Origin: Acidobacteriota bacterium
GTDB lineage: Bacteria; Acidobacteriota; Thermoanaerobaculia; UBA5066; Gp7-AA6
DNA: 51,527 nucleotides
Assembly (NCBI GenBank): GCA_046735265.1
Contig: JBKPSZ010000258.1
Coordinates: 1 to 51,527 of the forward strand
Direction of reading: 5' to 3'
Numbering within the stretch: position 1 is the first letter of the stretch; each line of letters starts with the position of its first letter. Made by a program: the position numbers and the translations under genes. Below the pieces are notes generated by a model. That model made no database searches. It was not told the origin of the DNA and worked only from the letters and a program-made list of their open reading frames with translations. Positions 41,364 to 51,527 of the stretch are shown here, in pieces.

Positions 41364-42764
41364 TTACAGCCCGCCGCAGTGGCCCGTCGGGTCCCCGCAC
41401 TTCATCTCGTGGAAGCGGGAGTCGAGCGAGCGGAAGTCCTGGATGAGGACGAACCCTTCGATCGTCGGCGAGGACGGCGTGCGGTTGCGAACGTCGGCGA
41501 AGAGGATCAGGGATTTGTTCGCGTTGCCGACGCCGGCCGCCGTGTAGAGATCTTCCACCACCCGCACTTCGCCCGGCGCGATGCCGTTCAGCTGCACGAC
41601 GTTGCCGATGCGCGCGCCGCTGTCGGGGTCGTAGAGCGACAGGTCCACGTTCACGTTGGCGTTGGTGCCGACGATGTCGGTGTTCCGGATTCCGACGTTG
41701 GTCAGGAGGTCCCCTTCGAGCCCGGGCGTGACCCGCGTGTCCCTCACCGTCGCCGTCACGGACGTGTTCGTGGATTCGAAGAAGAGCGAGCCGTTCATGC
41801 CATAGCCGACGGTGCCGCGCAGCTCGTCCGGCTCGGAGATCCGGTTGTACGTATTCGCCTGCGCGGTCGCCTCCCAGCCGACGTTGCCGGGCAGGCCGTT
41901 GAACGTGATCAAGAGCGTCCCGATCGAGCCCTGGTTGGCGCCGGGCTGCAGGACCCCCTGGCTGTCGAGAAGATCGACGATGTCGTCGTCGTGGAAGTTC
42001 CCGAAGGCTCCCAGATTGATCCGCCGCACGGCGGTGTTGTAGAAGCCGCCGACCGGCGAGCAGGCTGCCGAGGTGCACTTGTAGGTGTACTGGATGTCCG
42101 CCGTGATCGAGGCCGGTGTGTGATTCGAGATGTCGACGGCGGTGCGGACGAAAGCGTTGGGCGTCTCCTGGATCGCGCTGGTGTGGCGGGCGGTCACGCC
42201 GGCGGTCGGCGTGAAGGTCGTCGTGTCGAAGAAGTTCAGCTGCTGCCCGGCGTCCTTGTGGAACGTGCGCGAGCGGCCGGTCCCGTCCTCGGTGACCGTC
42301 AGGTCGAAGATCAGGTCCGTCAGGAAGCCGCCGAAGATCCAGTAGCCCTGGCCGGGGATCGCCGTCGCATCGAGCACCTTGACGAAGACCTCGGGGTTGC
42401 TCGGGTTCTGCGTGAGAGCGGGTATCGAGAAGTAGCCGAAGACGTCGCTCTGCTTCAGGGCGACGCCGGGCCCCGTATTCCCGCTGCGCGGGTCTCGGGC
42501 CGCGAGCGTCACGCTGAAGCTGTGAGCCGCGTTGAGCACCAGCGTGTTGCTCTCCCCGTTGTCCGCAGGCGCAAAACGCTGGACGAACGGCAGTTCCGTC
42601 GAATAGGTGGCGGCGGCGGCCTCCGTCGAGGCGGGAAGCATCCCGCCCGAAGCCGAGGGTCCCCCCGCTCGAATGACGGGAGCGCGGCCTGAAGTCTGAG
42701 CGAAAACGACCGGGGTGAGGGCGGCGGCAAACGAGCAGGCGACAAAGAGGCGCGACAATTTCAT
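41364..42764 (-). CDS. secreted protein of unknown function (466 aa)
   Basis: Start at MKLSRLFVACSFAAALTPVVFA (ATG at 42764, GAGGAG upstream), with a signal peptide. The composition is beta-rich, Asn/Thr/Gly-rich. The C-terminus is ...KCGDPTGHCGGL. Confidence 0.6.
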   Translation of the reverse strand: MKLSRLFVACSFAAALTPVVFAQTSGRAPVIRAGGPSASGGMLPASTEAAAATYSTELPFVQRFAPADNGESNTLVLNAAHSFSVTLAARDPRSGNTGPGVALKQSDVFGYFSIPALTQNPSNPEVFVKVLDATAIPGQGYWIFGGFLTDLIFDLTVTEDGTGRSRTFHKDAGQQLNFFDTTTFTPTAGVTARHTSAIQETPNAFVRTAVDISNHTPASITADIQYTYKCTSAACSPVGGFYNTAVRRINLGAFGNFHDDDIVDLLDSQGVLQPGANQGSIGTLLITFNGLPGNVGWEATAQANTYNRISEPDELRGTVGYGMNGSLFFESTNTSVTATVRDTRVTPGLEGDLLTNVGIRNTDIVGTNANVNVDLSLYDPDSGARIGNVVQLNGIAPGEVRVVEDLYTAAGVGNANKSLILFADVRNRTPSSPTIEGFVLIQDFRSLDSRFHEMKCGDPTGHCGGL

Positions 42765-42922
42765 CCTGTCTCCTCGGGGGCTCTCGAGCCCGGCTGGCAC
42801 GTTTCGTCGAAGACTTTAGCAGATCCTGGGCCAACTGCCTTCCCGGCCGGAGAGACAGGAATCCTGTCCCGAAGGACGGGTTCGAGCGTCTCCATTCTGG
42901 GACGAACTGTCCGCGGCGAGAC

Positions 42923-43456
42923 TCAACGCAGGAGTCCGCGGACTTCCTTCTCGAAGTCGGCGTAGGAGCTCTTGCCGGAGAGGACCCGCGCTTTGCGCCC
43001 GTCTCGCCCGTAGAGAACCGTGAAGGGCAGCTCGCCGCCCCACTTGGGATCGACGGCCTCGATGAAGTCCTGATCGTCGCCGCCCGGCTTCTTTCGGTAG
43101 TTGGGGAATCCGGGCTTCTGCTCGGCGAGGAACTTCTCGACTACGGGAAGCTGGGAAGTGAGATCGGTCGTGATCCCGACGACGGTCAGGCCCTTTCCCC
43201 GGTATTCGCGGTCGAGTCGGACGAGCGCGGGGTATTCCTCCCGGCACGGCTCGCACCAGGTCGCCCAGAAGTTCAGGAGCACGACGCGCCCCTTTTCGGC
43301 CGCGAGGCGCTTCTCGAGACCCGGGGCGTCGAGGTCCCCGGCCAGTCGGGACCCGGACGGCGCCGCGGCCACGACGGCCGCGGCGAGGACCAGCGTCCGG
43401 CCGACGAGGCGAAGCCGGCCGCTTCGACCGGGAGAGCGGGCGGGTTTCGCGGTCAT
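42923..43456 (-). CDS. TlpA-family thiol:disulfide oxidoreductase
   Basis: Start at MTAKPARSPG (ATG at 43456, ATGA overlap with the upstream stop). Has the FWATWCEPC thioredoxin motif. Confidence 0.83.
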   Translation of the reverse strand: MTAKPARSPGRSGRLRLVGRTLVLAAAVVAAAPSGSRLAGDLDAPGLEKRLAAEKGRVVLLNFWATWCEPCREEYPALVRLDREYRGKGLTVVGITTDLTSQLPVVEKFLAEQKPGFPNYRKKPGGDDQDFIEAVDPKWGGELPFTVLYGRDGRKARVLSGKSSYADFEKEVRGLLR

Positions 43457-44037
43457 ACCCTCTTGATCGTGCACCCGAACGCCTTGGTCTCGGCCTTCGC
43501 GATCGGCTTGTTCGCGAGCAGCGCGTCGAGCGCGTTCTTCAGATCCGGCTCGGCGACCTTCGAAGGCTGCTCGTAGTTCTCGTCGATCCGGCCGTGGTAG
43601 ACGAGCTTGCCGCTCGGGTCCACGACGAAGACTTCCGGAGTCCGCTTGGCGTCGTAGAGGTCGGCCACTTTGTTGTCCGGATCCTTTGCGATCGGAAACG
43701 TATGGCCGTGCTCCTTGGCGTGCGCGACGACCTCGGACTGCGGCTCGGTCTTGTTGCTGTTGATTCCGAGGAAGAGCACCCCCTGCTTCGAGTACGCGGC
43801 CGCCATGTCCTTCATCCGGTCGTTGTAGGCGTTGGAGTACGGGCACTTCGTCGCGATGAACATCACGACGACCGCCTTGTGGCTCTTCGCGGCGTCGCCG
43901 AGCGCGAACGATTTGCCGTCGATCGTGTCGAGCTTGAAGTCCGGGGCTGCCGACCCGATCGCCGGGCTCTCGGCCAGGGCGGCGCCGGCGGCGGCGGCGA
44001 AGAGGACGCCGGAAAGGGCAGTGGCTGCGAGTCGCAT
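43453..44037 (-). CDS. secreted thioredoxin-fold (redoxin/AhpC-TSA-like) protein
   Basis: Start at MRLAATALSGVLFAAAAGAALA (ATG at 44037, GGAGG upstream). Contains ...VVVMFIATKCPYS... Confidence 0.78.
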   Translation of the reverse strand: MRLAATALSGVLFAAAAGAALAESPAIGSAAPDFKLDTIDGKSFALGDAAKSHKAVVVMFIATKCPYSNAYNDRMKDMAAAYSKQGVLFLGINSNKTEPQSEVVAHAKEHGHTFPIAKDPDNKVADLYDAKRTPEVFVVDPSGKLVYHGRIDENYEQPSKVAEPDLKNALDALLANKPIAKAETKAFGCTIKRV

Positions 44038-44128
44038 CGAAGACCTCCTTTGAATCAAAGACTTCGAATACGGACGGGGAGGGGAGATATTCCCCGCTTC
44101 GACCGACTCACGCCGTTTTTGCAGCCGG

Positions 44129-44518
44129 CTAGCGCTTTCCGAACCAGCCCCGGCGTGGGGGCGGCTCGTCCCGCCCGGCCAGCCGCGCTTCGAGCGCCGC
44201 GACCCTCCGGGCGAGATCCTCGGCGGCGCGCTCTCCCGCCTCCAGCCGCTCCGAGATCCTTTCGATCGCTTCGGCGAGCCCCTCGTCCTCGCCGCGTGTG
44301 CGCAGGACGCGTTTGACTTCCGCCAGGGGGAGGCCCTCGGCGGTCAGGGCGCGCAGAGTCGCAAACCGCGAGACGTCGCGGTTGTCGTAGCGCCGGTGGC
44401 CGCCGGCCGTCTTCCGGATCGGAAAGAGCCGCGGAAGCTCTCGTTCGTAGAAGCGCAGCGTCGTGACGGGGATCCCGGTCCGCCGGGAGACGGCGCCGAT
44501 CGAGTAGCGGTCAGCCAT
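44129..44518 (-). CDS. MerR-family transcriptional regulator
   Basis: 129 aa. Has the N-terminal HTH YSIGAVSRRTGIPVTTLRFYE and a C-terminal coiled coil. Confidence 0.85.
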   Translation of the reverse strand: MADRYSIGAVSRRTGIPVTTLRFYERELPRLFPIRKTAGGHRRYDNRDVSRFATLRALTAEGLPLAEVKRVLRTRGEDEGLAEAIERISERLEAGERAAEDLARRVAALEARLAGRDEPPPRRGWFGKR

Positions 44519-44602
44519 CCGCGGTCCGCCTGCCGCCGGAATTCCCGGCGAAGCGTTCGGTCTCGGGCGGATCGCGGAAAACCGTCGGCGGACCGCTCGA
44601 GA

Positions 44603-44980
44603 CTAGACGGCGAACAGCGGACGGCTCACGACCGGGTCGAGCTTCCACACGTACTTGTACAGGCCGTTGAAGAAGTCGATCGTCATCTCGTAGTGCGCCT
44701 CGATCGTGATCGCCACCTTGTCCCGTTTGATGATCAGGTTTTCCTTCCCGATCGGAAGCTGCAGCTCCCGAGCCTTCTGCAGGACCGCATATTCGATCTG
44801 GGGAAGGCTCTTGATCGAGCCGAACGAGGCCTGCTCCTGCATGGTGTCGTAGAAGGTGGACGTGGCGATCTTGACCGGCACGACTTTGAACAGGACATAT
44901 CCGACGAGGACGACGATGCCGAGCCAGATGATGCATCCGATATTGGCTTTTCCGCGCATGGCGCTTGCGCGCTTCGTCAT
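44603..44980 (-). CDS. membrane-anchored hypothetical protein
   Basis: 125 aa with one N-terminal TM segment (IGCIIWLGIVVLVGYVLF). No family recognised. Confidence 0.55.
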   Translation of the reverse strand: MTKRASAMRGKANIGCIIWLGIVVLVGYVLFKVVPVKIATSTFYDTMQEQASFGSIKSLPQIEYAVLQKARELQLPIGKENLIIKRDKVAITIEAHYEMTIDFFNGLYKYVWKLDPVVSRPLFAV

Positions 44981-45031
44981 CGTTGAGCTCCGAAAGTTTT
45001 TGGAATTGTAACCCGAATCGGCGCGGAACGA

Positions 45032-45709
45032 TCAGTGGACCAGGCGGAACGTGCGCTCCCAGCGTGTCCTCCGGAAGAGATCGACGATGCGGCGGCCGAA
45101 GCTTTTCCCCTCCGGCTCCGGGCTCGCGGACCAGTAGATCAAGAGCGCCCGCCCTTTGACGTGGGAGAGAGGCACCGTTCCCCAGAATCGGCTGTCGTTG
45201 GAGCGATCGCGATTGTCGCCGAGTGCGAAGACCTGTCCGGCCGGGACGCGGAGCGGACCGAACTGATCCCGGCGCCCGGCGGCGAAGATGCTCGCGTCCG
45301 CGTGCGTGACTTCCGGCTCGGACGTCGAGGCGCCGTTGATCGAGACGACCTTGTCGTGAATCTCGACGACGTCGCCCGGCAGGGCGACGACGCGCTTGAC
45401 GAAGTCGCGCCTCGGGTCGTCGGGGAACTTGAAGACGAAGACGTCCCCGTTCTTGAGCGGCCGCCGCGGAAGAACCGGGTCGAGGAAAGGGAAGCCGCGA
45501 GGGCCGTACACGAACTTGTTGACCACGAGGTGATCGCCCACGAGGATGTTGTCTTCCATCGAGGCCGTCGGAACCGCGTAGGCCTGGAGGAGGAACGTCC
45601 GGACGAAGAGCGCGAGCACGACGGCGACCAGGATCGCCTCGACGTACTCCCTCGAGCGGGGCCGCCGCGCGGGAGCTGTCAGCGAACGAGCGTGAACATC
45701 CGGTCCCAT
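45032..45709 (-). CDS. lepB: signal peptidase I (copy 2)
   Basis: 225 aa. Contains ...PTASMEDNILVGDHLVVNKF... and ...GDNRDRSNDSRFWG... Confidence 0.87.
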   Translation of the reverse strand: MGPDVHARSLTAPARRPRSREYVEAILVAVVLALFVRTFLLQAYAVPTASMEDNILVGDHLVVNKFVYGPRGFPFLDPVLPRRPLKNGDVFVFKFPDDPRRDFVKRVVALPGDVVEIHDKVVSINGASTSEPEVTHADASIFAAGRRDQFGPLRVPAGQVFALGDNRDRSNDSRFWGTVPLSHVKGRALLIYWSASPEPEGKSFGRRIVDLFRRTRWERTFRLVH

Positions 45710-46437
45710 CGCGTGCGCGAGAAGAAATGGATCGCGACCCCCAGGAGCTGCCGGATCTTGGCGAGGGCGCCGCGCCAGATGTGCGAGTTGGGCTCGGCCT
45801 CGTACGACCAGTAGATCAGGAACGGGCGCCCGAAGACGTTGGCGCGCGGGATCGGGCCCCAGAACCGGCTGTCGAGCGAGTTGTCGCGGTTGTCTCCCAT
45901 CCCGAAGAGGTTGCCGGGGGGGACGGAGAACGGCCCGTACTGATCGCGCAGCAGGCCCATCTCGTTGGCCTGCGGATCGTTCTTCCGGTAGAGATCGGGG
46001 TAGATGTGCTGGACGTAAGGGCCGTCGGCGGCCTGATCATTCACGTAGAGCTTCTTGTCCTTCAACTGTACGGTGTCGCCGGGCCCCGCTACGGCGCGCT
46101 TCACGAGCACGTTGCCCGGATTCACGTCGTCCCCCGGCTTCTTGAAAACGACGATGTCGCCGCGGCGGACGTCGCGATACGGAAAGAGCTTCGCGAAGGC
46201 GGGAAGGCGCGGGGCGTACGCGAACTTGTTGACGAGGAGATGGTCCCCGACGAGGATCGTCCGCTCCATCGAGCCGGTCGGCACCTGGTAGGTCTGGACG
46301 ACGAAGGTTCGGACGAAGAGAACGAAGATTCCTGCGACGAGGAGCGACTCGTACCACTCCCTCGAGGAGGAGTGCCGGGGCCCGGCGGGAGCGGACTCTT
46401 CGGCCGGGGGAGGCGAGGGTGTCTTTTGGGTCGTCAT
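45679..46437 (-). CDS. lepB: signal peptidase I (copy 1)
   Basis: Start at [11 protein letters not shown] (ATG at 46437, ATGA overlap with the lepA stop). Contains ...[20 protein letters not shown]... and ...[14 protein letters not shown]... Confidence 0.87.
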   Translation of the reverse strand: MTTQKTPSPPPAEESAPAGPRHSSSREWYESLLVAGIFVLFVRTFVVQTYQVPTGSMERTILVGDHLLVNKFAYAPRLPAFAKLFPYRDVRRGDIVVFKKPGDDVNPGNVLVKRAVAGPGDTVQLKDKKLYVNDQAADGPYVQHIYPDLYRKNDPQANEMGLLRDQYGPFSVPPGNLFGMGDNRDNSLDSRFWGPIPRANVFGRPFLIYWSYEAEPNSHIWRGALAKIRQLLGVAIHFFSRTRWDRMFTLVR

Positions 46438-48233
46438 TCCACTTTCAGCACGGCGAGGAAGGCTTCCTGCGGGATGTCCACCCTCCCGACGCGCTTCATC
46501 CTCTTCTTTCCTTCCTTCTGCTTCTCGAGGAGCTTCCGTTTCCGCGTGATGTCGCCGCCGTAGCATTTCGCCAAAACGTTCTTGCGCATCGCCGAGACCG
46601 TCTCCCGGGCAATGATCTTCGAACCGATCGCCGCCTGGATCGCCACTTCGAACATCTGGCGGGGGATGATTTCTTTCATCTTCGACGCGAGCAGCCTCCC
46701 CTTGGCCGCCGCCTCCTCCCGGTGGACGATGAGCGAAAGCGCGTCCACCGGCTCGCCGTTGACCAGGATGTCGAGCTTGACGAGGTCCCCCTCGCGGTAA
46801 CCGGCGAACTCATAGTCGAAGGAGGCGTAACCCTTGGAGATCGACTTCAGCTTGTCGTAGAAGTCGAGGACGACCTCGTTCAACGGGAAGTCGTAGGTCA
46901 GGACGACGCGGTTCGACGAGAGGTACTCGAGCGCCTTCTGGACGCCGCGCCGCTCCTCGCAGAGCTTGAGAAGGCCCCCGAGAAAATCGTCCCGCGTGAT
47001 GATCGTGGCGGAAATGTAGGGCTCCTCGATCCGCTCGATGTGGTTCGGTGAGGGGAGGTGGTTCGGGTTGACGATGTCGCGGACCTCTCCCGACGTCGTC
47101 GTCACCCGGTAGCTCACCCCCGGAGCCGTCGTGATCAGGTCCAGATCGAATTCCCGCTCGAGACGCTCCTGGACGATCTCCATGTGGAGCAGCCCGAGGA
47201 AGCCGCACCGGAATCCGAAGCCGAGTGCTGTCGAGTTCTCCGGCTCGAAGGTGAACGAGGCGTCGTTCAAGCGGAGCTTCTCCATCGCGTCGCGGAGATT
47301 GGAGTAGTCGTCGGCGTTCGTCGGGAAGAGGCCGGCGAAGACCATGGGCTTCGCCTCCGCGAATCCGGGCAGCGGCTCCGCCGTGGGCCGTCCGACTTCC
47401 GTGATCGTGTCGCCGATGCGCGTCGAATGCAGGTCTTTGATGTTGGCCCAGAGGAAGCCGACTTCTCCCACGCTGAGCTCGGCGACCGCTTCCCGCTGGG
47501 GACGAAAGACCCCGACTTCCTCGACTTCCGCTTCGAGCCCCGTACCCATGGCACGAATCTTCATCCGCGGCTCGACGCGGCCGTCGAGGATCCGAACCAG
47601 GGACGTGACGCCGCGATACGGGTCGTACCAGGAGTCGAAGAGGAGCGCCTGGAGCGGCGCCTCCGGATCCCCTTTCGGAGGAGGGACGTCCTGGACGATC
47701 CGTTCGAGCAAGTCCTCGATGCCGATCCCCTGCTTGGCCGAGGTCAGCACCGCGTGATCGGCCGGAATCCCGACCACCTGCTCGATCTGCTCGCGGGCGC
47801 GTTCCGGTTCCGCCGAAGGGAGGTCGATCTTGTTGATGACCGGCACGATCGTCAGGTTGTTGTGCACGGCGAGATACGCGTTGGCGAGCGTCTGCGCCTC
47901 GACGCCCTGGGTCGCGTCCACGACGAGGACCGCTCCTTCGCACGCCGAAAGCGACCGCGACACCTCGTACGAAAAGTCCACGTGTCCGGGCGTGTCGATG
48001 AGGTTCAGGACGTACTCCTGGCCGTTGCGCGCCCGATAGTGAAGCGTCACCGCGCGCGCCTTGATCGTGATTCCGCGCTCCTTCTCGAGCTCCATGTCGT
48101 CGAGCATCTGCTCGTGCATCTCGCGCGCGGAGACGGCGCCGCAGACCTGGAGGATCCGGTCCGAGAGCGTCGTCTTGCCGTGATCGATGTGGGCGACGAT
48201 CGCGAAGTTGCGGATGAAGCGCGGGTCCTTCAT
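46434..48233 (-). CDS. lepA: translation elongation factor 4
   Basis: 599 aa. Contains [15 protein letters not shown] and DTPGHVDF, plus a LepA C-terminal domain. Confidence 0.95.
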   Translation of the reverse strand: MKDPRFIRNFAIVAHIDHGKTTLSDRILQVCGAVSAREMHEQMLDDMELEKERGITIKARAVTLHYRARNGQEYVLNLIDTPGHVDFSYEVSRSLSACEGAVLVVDATQGVEAQTLANAYLAVHNNLTIVPVINKIDLPSAEPERAREQIEQVVGIPADHAVLTSAKQGIGIEDLLERIVQDVPPPKGDPEAPLQALLFDSWYDPYRGVTSLVRILDGRVEPRMKIRAMGTGLEAEVEEVGVFRPQREAVAELSVGEVGFLWANIKDLHSTRIGDTITEVGRPTAEPLPGFAEAKPMVFAGLFPTNADDYSNLRDAMEKLRLNDASFTFEPENSTALGFGFRCGFLGLLHMEIVQERLEREFDLDLITTAPGVSYRVTTTSGEVRDIVNPNHLPSPNHIERIEEPYISATIITRDDFLGGLLKLCEERRGVQKALEYLSSNRVVLTYDFPLNEVVLDFYDKLKSISKGYASFDYEFAGYREGDLVKLDILVNGEPVDALSLIVHREEAAAKGRLLASKMKEIIPRQMFEVAIQAAIGSKIIARETVSAMRKNVLAKCYGGDITRKRKLLEKQKEGKKRMKRVGRVDIPQEAFLAVLKVE

Positions 48234-48278
48234 GGGCGAACCGGAGATGATATTCGAGATGGAATCGGTCCTCGGGGG

Positions 48279-49325
48279 CTAGGGGCTCGCGGCTCCCAGC
48301 GGCCAGCGGGATCGCGCCACGATGGCCGACTCCCGGGCGCCTTCTCGCCGGTGTCGCAGGAATCCCGCCCACGCGATCATCGCCGCGTTGTCGGTCGTCA
48401 GCGATCGGTCCGGAAGGAGGACGCGGACGCCGCGCGATTCCCCCCAGGACGACAGCGTCGCCCGCAGCTCGGAATTGGCGGCGACTCCTCCCGAGACCGC
48501 CAGGAGGGTCAAGCGCTCGCGCCGCCGGACCGCCTCGAGCCGGTCGACGAGCGCCGAGACGACGGCGCGCTGGAAAGAGGCGAAAAGATCCGTCAGCTCC
48601 CGGCCGACTCTGTCGGGGTCGAGCGGCGCGCCGTCCACGCCGAGGCGTTCGAACTCGCGGAGCATCGCGGTCTTCAGGCCCGAGAATGAGAAGTCGAGCG
48701 ATCCGTCGCCCGGCCTTCCGATCGGTAGCAGGAACCGGCCGCCGTCGCCGCGCGAGGCGATGCGATCGATCGGAGGACCGCCGGGATAGGGGAGGCCCGC
48801 GCGGCGCGCGACTTTGTCGAACGCCTCGCCCGGAGCGTCGTCGCGCGTGCGGGCGATCGGGACGATCCGGTCCGTTTCGACTCGGACGAGCTCCGCGTGG
48901 CCGCCCGAGACGACGAGCCCGTGGAACGGGTGCTCGACCGGACGCGCCGGTTCGCCGGAGGCGAGGAGGAAAGGAGAGTAGAGATGCCCCTCGAGATGGT
49001 TGACGCCGACGATCGGGACCCCGCGCGCGTACGCCACGGCCTTCGCCGCCGAAAGGCCGACGAGGAGAGGGCCGATCAGACCGGGTCCCGCGGTCGCGGC
49101 GACGAGCCCGACGTCCTCCAGACGCGCGCCGGCCTGTGCGAGCGCCTCCTCGAACACCGTCGGAAGATTCGTCAGGTGCGCCCGGGCCGCGAGCTCCGGC
49201 ACGACGCCGCCATACGGAGCATGCGTCCGCAGCTGCGAGGCGACGACGTTTGCCCGGATCGCGCCGTTCTCTTCGAGGAGGGCGACCGAGGTTTCGTCGC
49301 AGGACGTCTCGACGCCGAGGAGCAT
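48279..49325 (-). CDS. tsaD: tRNA N6-adenosine threonylcarbamoyltransferase
   Basis: Start at MLLGVETSCDETSVAL (ATG at 49325). Contains ...VNHLEGHL... and ...SGGVAAN... The track extension to 49976 is rejected. Confidence 0.92.
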   Translation of the reverse strand: MLLGVETSCDETSVALLEENGAIRANVVASQLRTHAPYGGVVPELAARAHLTNLPTVFEEALAQAGARLEDVGLVAATAGPGLIGPLLVGLSAAKAVAYARGVPIVGVNHLEGHLYSPFLLASGEPARPVEHPFHGLVVSGGHAELVRVETDRIVPIARTRDDAPGEAFDKVARRAGLPYPGGPPIDRIASRGDGGRFLLPIGRPGDGSLDFSFSGLKTAMLREFERLGVDGAPLDPDRVGRELTDLFASFQRAVVSALVDRLEAVRRRERLTLLAVSGGVAANSELRATLSSWGESRGVRVLLPDRSLTTDNAAMIAWAGFLRHRREGARESAIVARSRWPLGAASP

Positions 49326-49327
49326 CG

Positions 49328-50377
49328 TCACGCCCGCCGCGCGAGCTCGACCGCCCGCCGAAGGCTCTCGGCGTAGGGCGGTCGGCAGATCCCCTGCTCG
49401 GTCACGATCGCGGTGACGTAGCGCGCCGGCGTCACGTCGAACGCCACGTATCTCCCGCCCACGCCCGTGGGTGCGACCGGCCGTCCGGCGAAGGTCAGGA
49501 CTTCGGCGGCGTCGCGTTCTTCGATCGGGATCGCGTCGCCGCCGGGGCAGTCGAGATCGACCGTCGTCGTCGGCGCGGCCACATAGAAGGGGACTCCGTT
49601 CTCCTTCGCGAGAACCGCGAGCGGATACGTTCCGATCTTGTTCGCCGTGTCTCCGTTGGCCGCGATGCGATCCGCTCCGACGACGACGGCCTGTACGCCA
49701 CCGCGCGCGAGAAAGTGGCCTCCCATTCCGTCGGTGATGACCTCGACGGGGATTCCGTCGCGCGCGAGCTCCCACGCGGTCAGCCGCGCGCCCTGCAGAT
49801 ACGGGCGCGTCTCTCCCGCCAGCACGCGAACCGCCTTGCCCGCCTCGACCGCGCCGCGAACGACGCCGAGCGCCGTCCCGTACCCCGCCGTGGCGAGGGC
49901 CCCCGCGTTGCAGTGCGTCAGGAGCGTGACCTCGCGCGGGAGGAGCGAGGCCCCGAGCTCGCCGATCCGGCGGCAAGCGGCGATGTCCTCCGCGGCGATC
50001 CGATCGGCTTCGTCCACGAGCTCGCGCTCGATGCGCTCGGGAGCCTCTTCGCGGCAGGCCTCGAAGCGCCTCGCCACCCGGTCGAGTGCCGCGAAGAGGT
50101 TCACCGCCGTCGGACGCGTCGAGGCGAGCAGGCGCCGAGCGGTCTCGAAGCGCTCGGCCGGCGGCGTCGAGCTTCCGCTTCGCTGCGAGAACGCGGCGCC
50201 GTACGCGGCCGCGACCCCGATGGCCGGGGCTCCGCGGACCGCCATCTGGCGGATCGCCAGAGCGATCTCCGGCGCCGTCTCGAGCTCGAGCCAGATCTCC
50301 TCGGAGGGAAGACGCCGCTGGTCGAGAAGGCGAAGGCGTCGTCCCTCGCGGTAGAGCGGGCGGAAGACCTCGGTCAC
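49328..50377 (-). CDS. mtnA: S-methyl-5-thioribose-1-phosphate isomerase (start GTG 50377 preferred; ATG 50452 would overlap ggt)
   Basis: Contains ...[10 protein letters not shown]..., ...[10 protein letters not shown]..., ...THCNAG... and ...[11 protein letters not shown]... Confidence 0.86.
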   Translation of the reverse strand: MTEVFRPLYREGRRLRLLDQRRLPSEEIWLELETAPEIALAIRQMAVRGAPAIGVAAAYGAAFSQRSGSSTPPAERFETARRLLASTRPTAVNLFAALDRVARRFEACREEAPERIERELVDEADRIAAEDIAACRRIGELGASLLPREVTLLTHCNAGALATAGYGTALGVVRGAVEAGKAVRVLAGETRPYLQGARLTAWELARDGIPVEVITDGMGGHFLARGGVQAVVVGADRIAANGDTANKIGTYPLAVLAKENGVPFYVAAPTTTVDLDCPGGDAIPIEERDAAEVLTFAGRPVAPTGVGGRYVAFDVTPARYVTAIVTEQGICRPPYAESLRRAVELARRA

Positions 50378-50381
50378 GCGG

Positions 50382-51527
50382 TCACGGGGCGGGAGTGACC
50401 GCCAGGGCCGCGCCCTGCCGGCGAGGATCCGCGACCGCCTCGGTGATTCCACGCGGGAGGCTCGCCACGGCGTGGACCCGTCCGATCTTCCCCGGCACCG
50501 GGTCCCGCGTGCTGACCTTGACCGTGTGCCCCTTCGCTTCGAGAGCGGCGATCCAGGCCGGATCGAACGCGTCCTTCTCGACTTCGAGGTCGGGCGAGTC
50601 CTGCTGATGAAACCGCGGGGCCGCGACCGCCGCCTCGAGCGAAGCGCCCCGCAGCGCGAGCTCGAGCAGCACCTGGAAGTTCGTCGTCAGAATCGTCGCC
50701 CCGCCGGGACTGCCCCAGCCGTAGACGCCGCGACCGGGGAGGACCGCGATGATCGGGCAGATCGACGACAGCATCCTCTTGCCGGGGGCCACCGCATTCG
50801 CGTCGCTCTGCACGAGGCCGTACAGATTCGCCTGTCCCGGGCGCGTCGTAAAGTCGTCCATCTCGTTGTTCCAGAGGAACCCGAGGCCCGGCGCCATGCG
50901 GCCGTTGCCGAACGAGTCGTTCAAGGTCGTCGTGACGGACACGATCGCCCCCTTGCCGTCGACGACGGAGAAGTGGGTGGTCGACGGATCGCCGTCCGAG
51001 AGGGAACGCACCGACTCGAGCGGCGTCGCGCGCGCGGGATCGATCGTCGCGGCGAGGCGCCGCGCGCGCTGGGCGGAGAGGAAGAGTCCCTGGCGGACCC
51101 CGGAGAAATCGGGATCTCCGAGGTACCGGTTTCGGTCGGAGAAGGCGCGCTTCTCGATCTCGGCCACGAGGTGCGCCGAGGCGGCGTCGCGCGGCTCGAA
51201 ACGCGAGCTCCCGACGGCACCGACGAGGAGGGCCATCTGCGCGAGCGCGGGCCCGGAAGAGGGCGCGCCGGTCGTGAAGACCTCGGCGTCTCCGAGCTGG
51301 AAGAGGACGGGCTTGCGGATCCGCGACGCGTACAGCGCGAGGTCCCCGCGCGTGATCAGGCCTCCCGCTCGCTTCTGACCCTCTTCGATCTCGCGCGCGA
51401 CACGCCCCCGGTAGAACCCGGCCTCGCCGCGGTCGGCGATCGCGTCGAGAGTCGCGGCGAGCCCCGGCTGTCGGAAGACGGAGCCCACGCGGGGAGCCTC
51501 GCCGCCCGGAAGGAAGGTCGCCGCGGC
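50382..51527 (-). CDS. ggt: gamma-glutamyltranspeptidase, C-terminal part (5' end beyond the right edge)
   Basis: The frame is open to the window edge. Has ...[21 protein letters not shown]... (autoprocessing Thr) and ...GSPGGATI... Confidence 0.88.
   Translation of the reverse strand, partial: AAATFLPGGEAPRVGSVFRQPGLAATLDAIADRGEAGFYRGRVAREIEEGQKRAGGLITRGDLALYASRIRKPVLFQLGDAEVFTTGAPSSGPALAQMALLVGAVGSSRFEPRDAASAHLVAEIEKRAFSDRNRYLGDPDFSGVRQGLFLSAQRARRLAATIDPARATPLESVRSLSDGDPSTTHFSVVDGKGAIVSVTTTLNDSFGNGRMAPGLGFLWNNEMDDFTTRPGQANLYGLVQSDANAVAPGKRMLSSICPIIAVLPGRGVYGWGSPGGATILTTNFQVLLELALRGASLEAAVAAPRFHQQDSPDLEVEKDAFDPAWIAALEAKGHTVKVSTRDPVPGKIGRVHAVASLPRGITEAVADPRRQGAALAVTPAP

Overview
High-GC (~68%) bacterial chromosomal window, densely coded, with many 4-nt start/stop overlaps (ATGA/GTGA/TTGA) that suggest translational coupling. 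No rRNA, tRNA, CRISPR array, transposase or integrase was seen. Taxon cannot be fixed from sequence alone. (1) Positions 1-11415 are a purine/urate catabolic cluster: an NCS1 permease (edge-truncated, absent from the ORF track), allantoinase, allantoicase, OHCU decarboxylase, HIU hydrolase, uricase and an RDD protein. It converges on a tightly coupled operon of a PreA-like flavoenzyme, three xanthine-dehydrogenase-type subunits (Mo, 2Fe-2S, FAD) and an HpcH/CitE-like enzyme. (2) Positions 11499-13261 are a small-enzyme operon. Positions 13262-17612 are an island of small, co-oriented, single-domain genes (VOC/PhnB, 2x DHFR-like, YciI, NUDIX, frameshifted SnoaL). Their long spacers share exact 12-14-mers and imperfect palindromes with integron attC-like ends; no integrase is present. 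(3) Positions 17635-26783 hold the rest of a reductive pyrimidine pathway: aminotransferase, dihydropyrimidinase, beta-ureidopropionase, MmsA, a cytosine-deaminase-like protein, a DmpA peptidase and two MBL-fold lipoprotein paralogs. (4) Positions 26855-51527 are mostly housekeeping: icd, glk, cls, an exonuclease, a WYL regulator, a SAM-I riboswitch controlling a YitJ-like homocysteine methyltransferase/MTHFR, purD, a MerR-redoxin-TlpA unit, lepA-lepB-lepB, tsaD, mtnA and ggt. Several unexplained elements are interspersed: two intergenic repeat families, an AT-rich island with an orphan terminator, paralogous small proteins and a 557-nt non-coding gap. Many long ORFs in the supplied track are GC-driven shadow frames or false N-terminal extensions, and starts were re-assigned accordingly.
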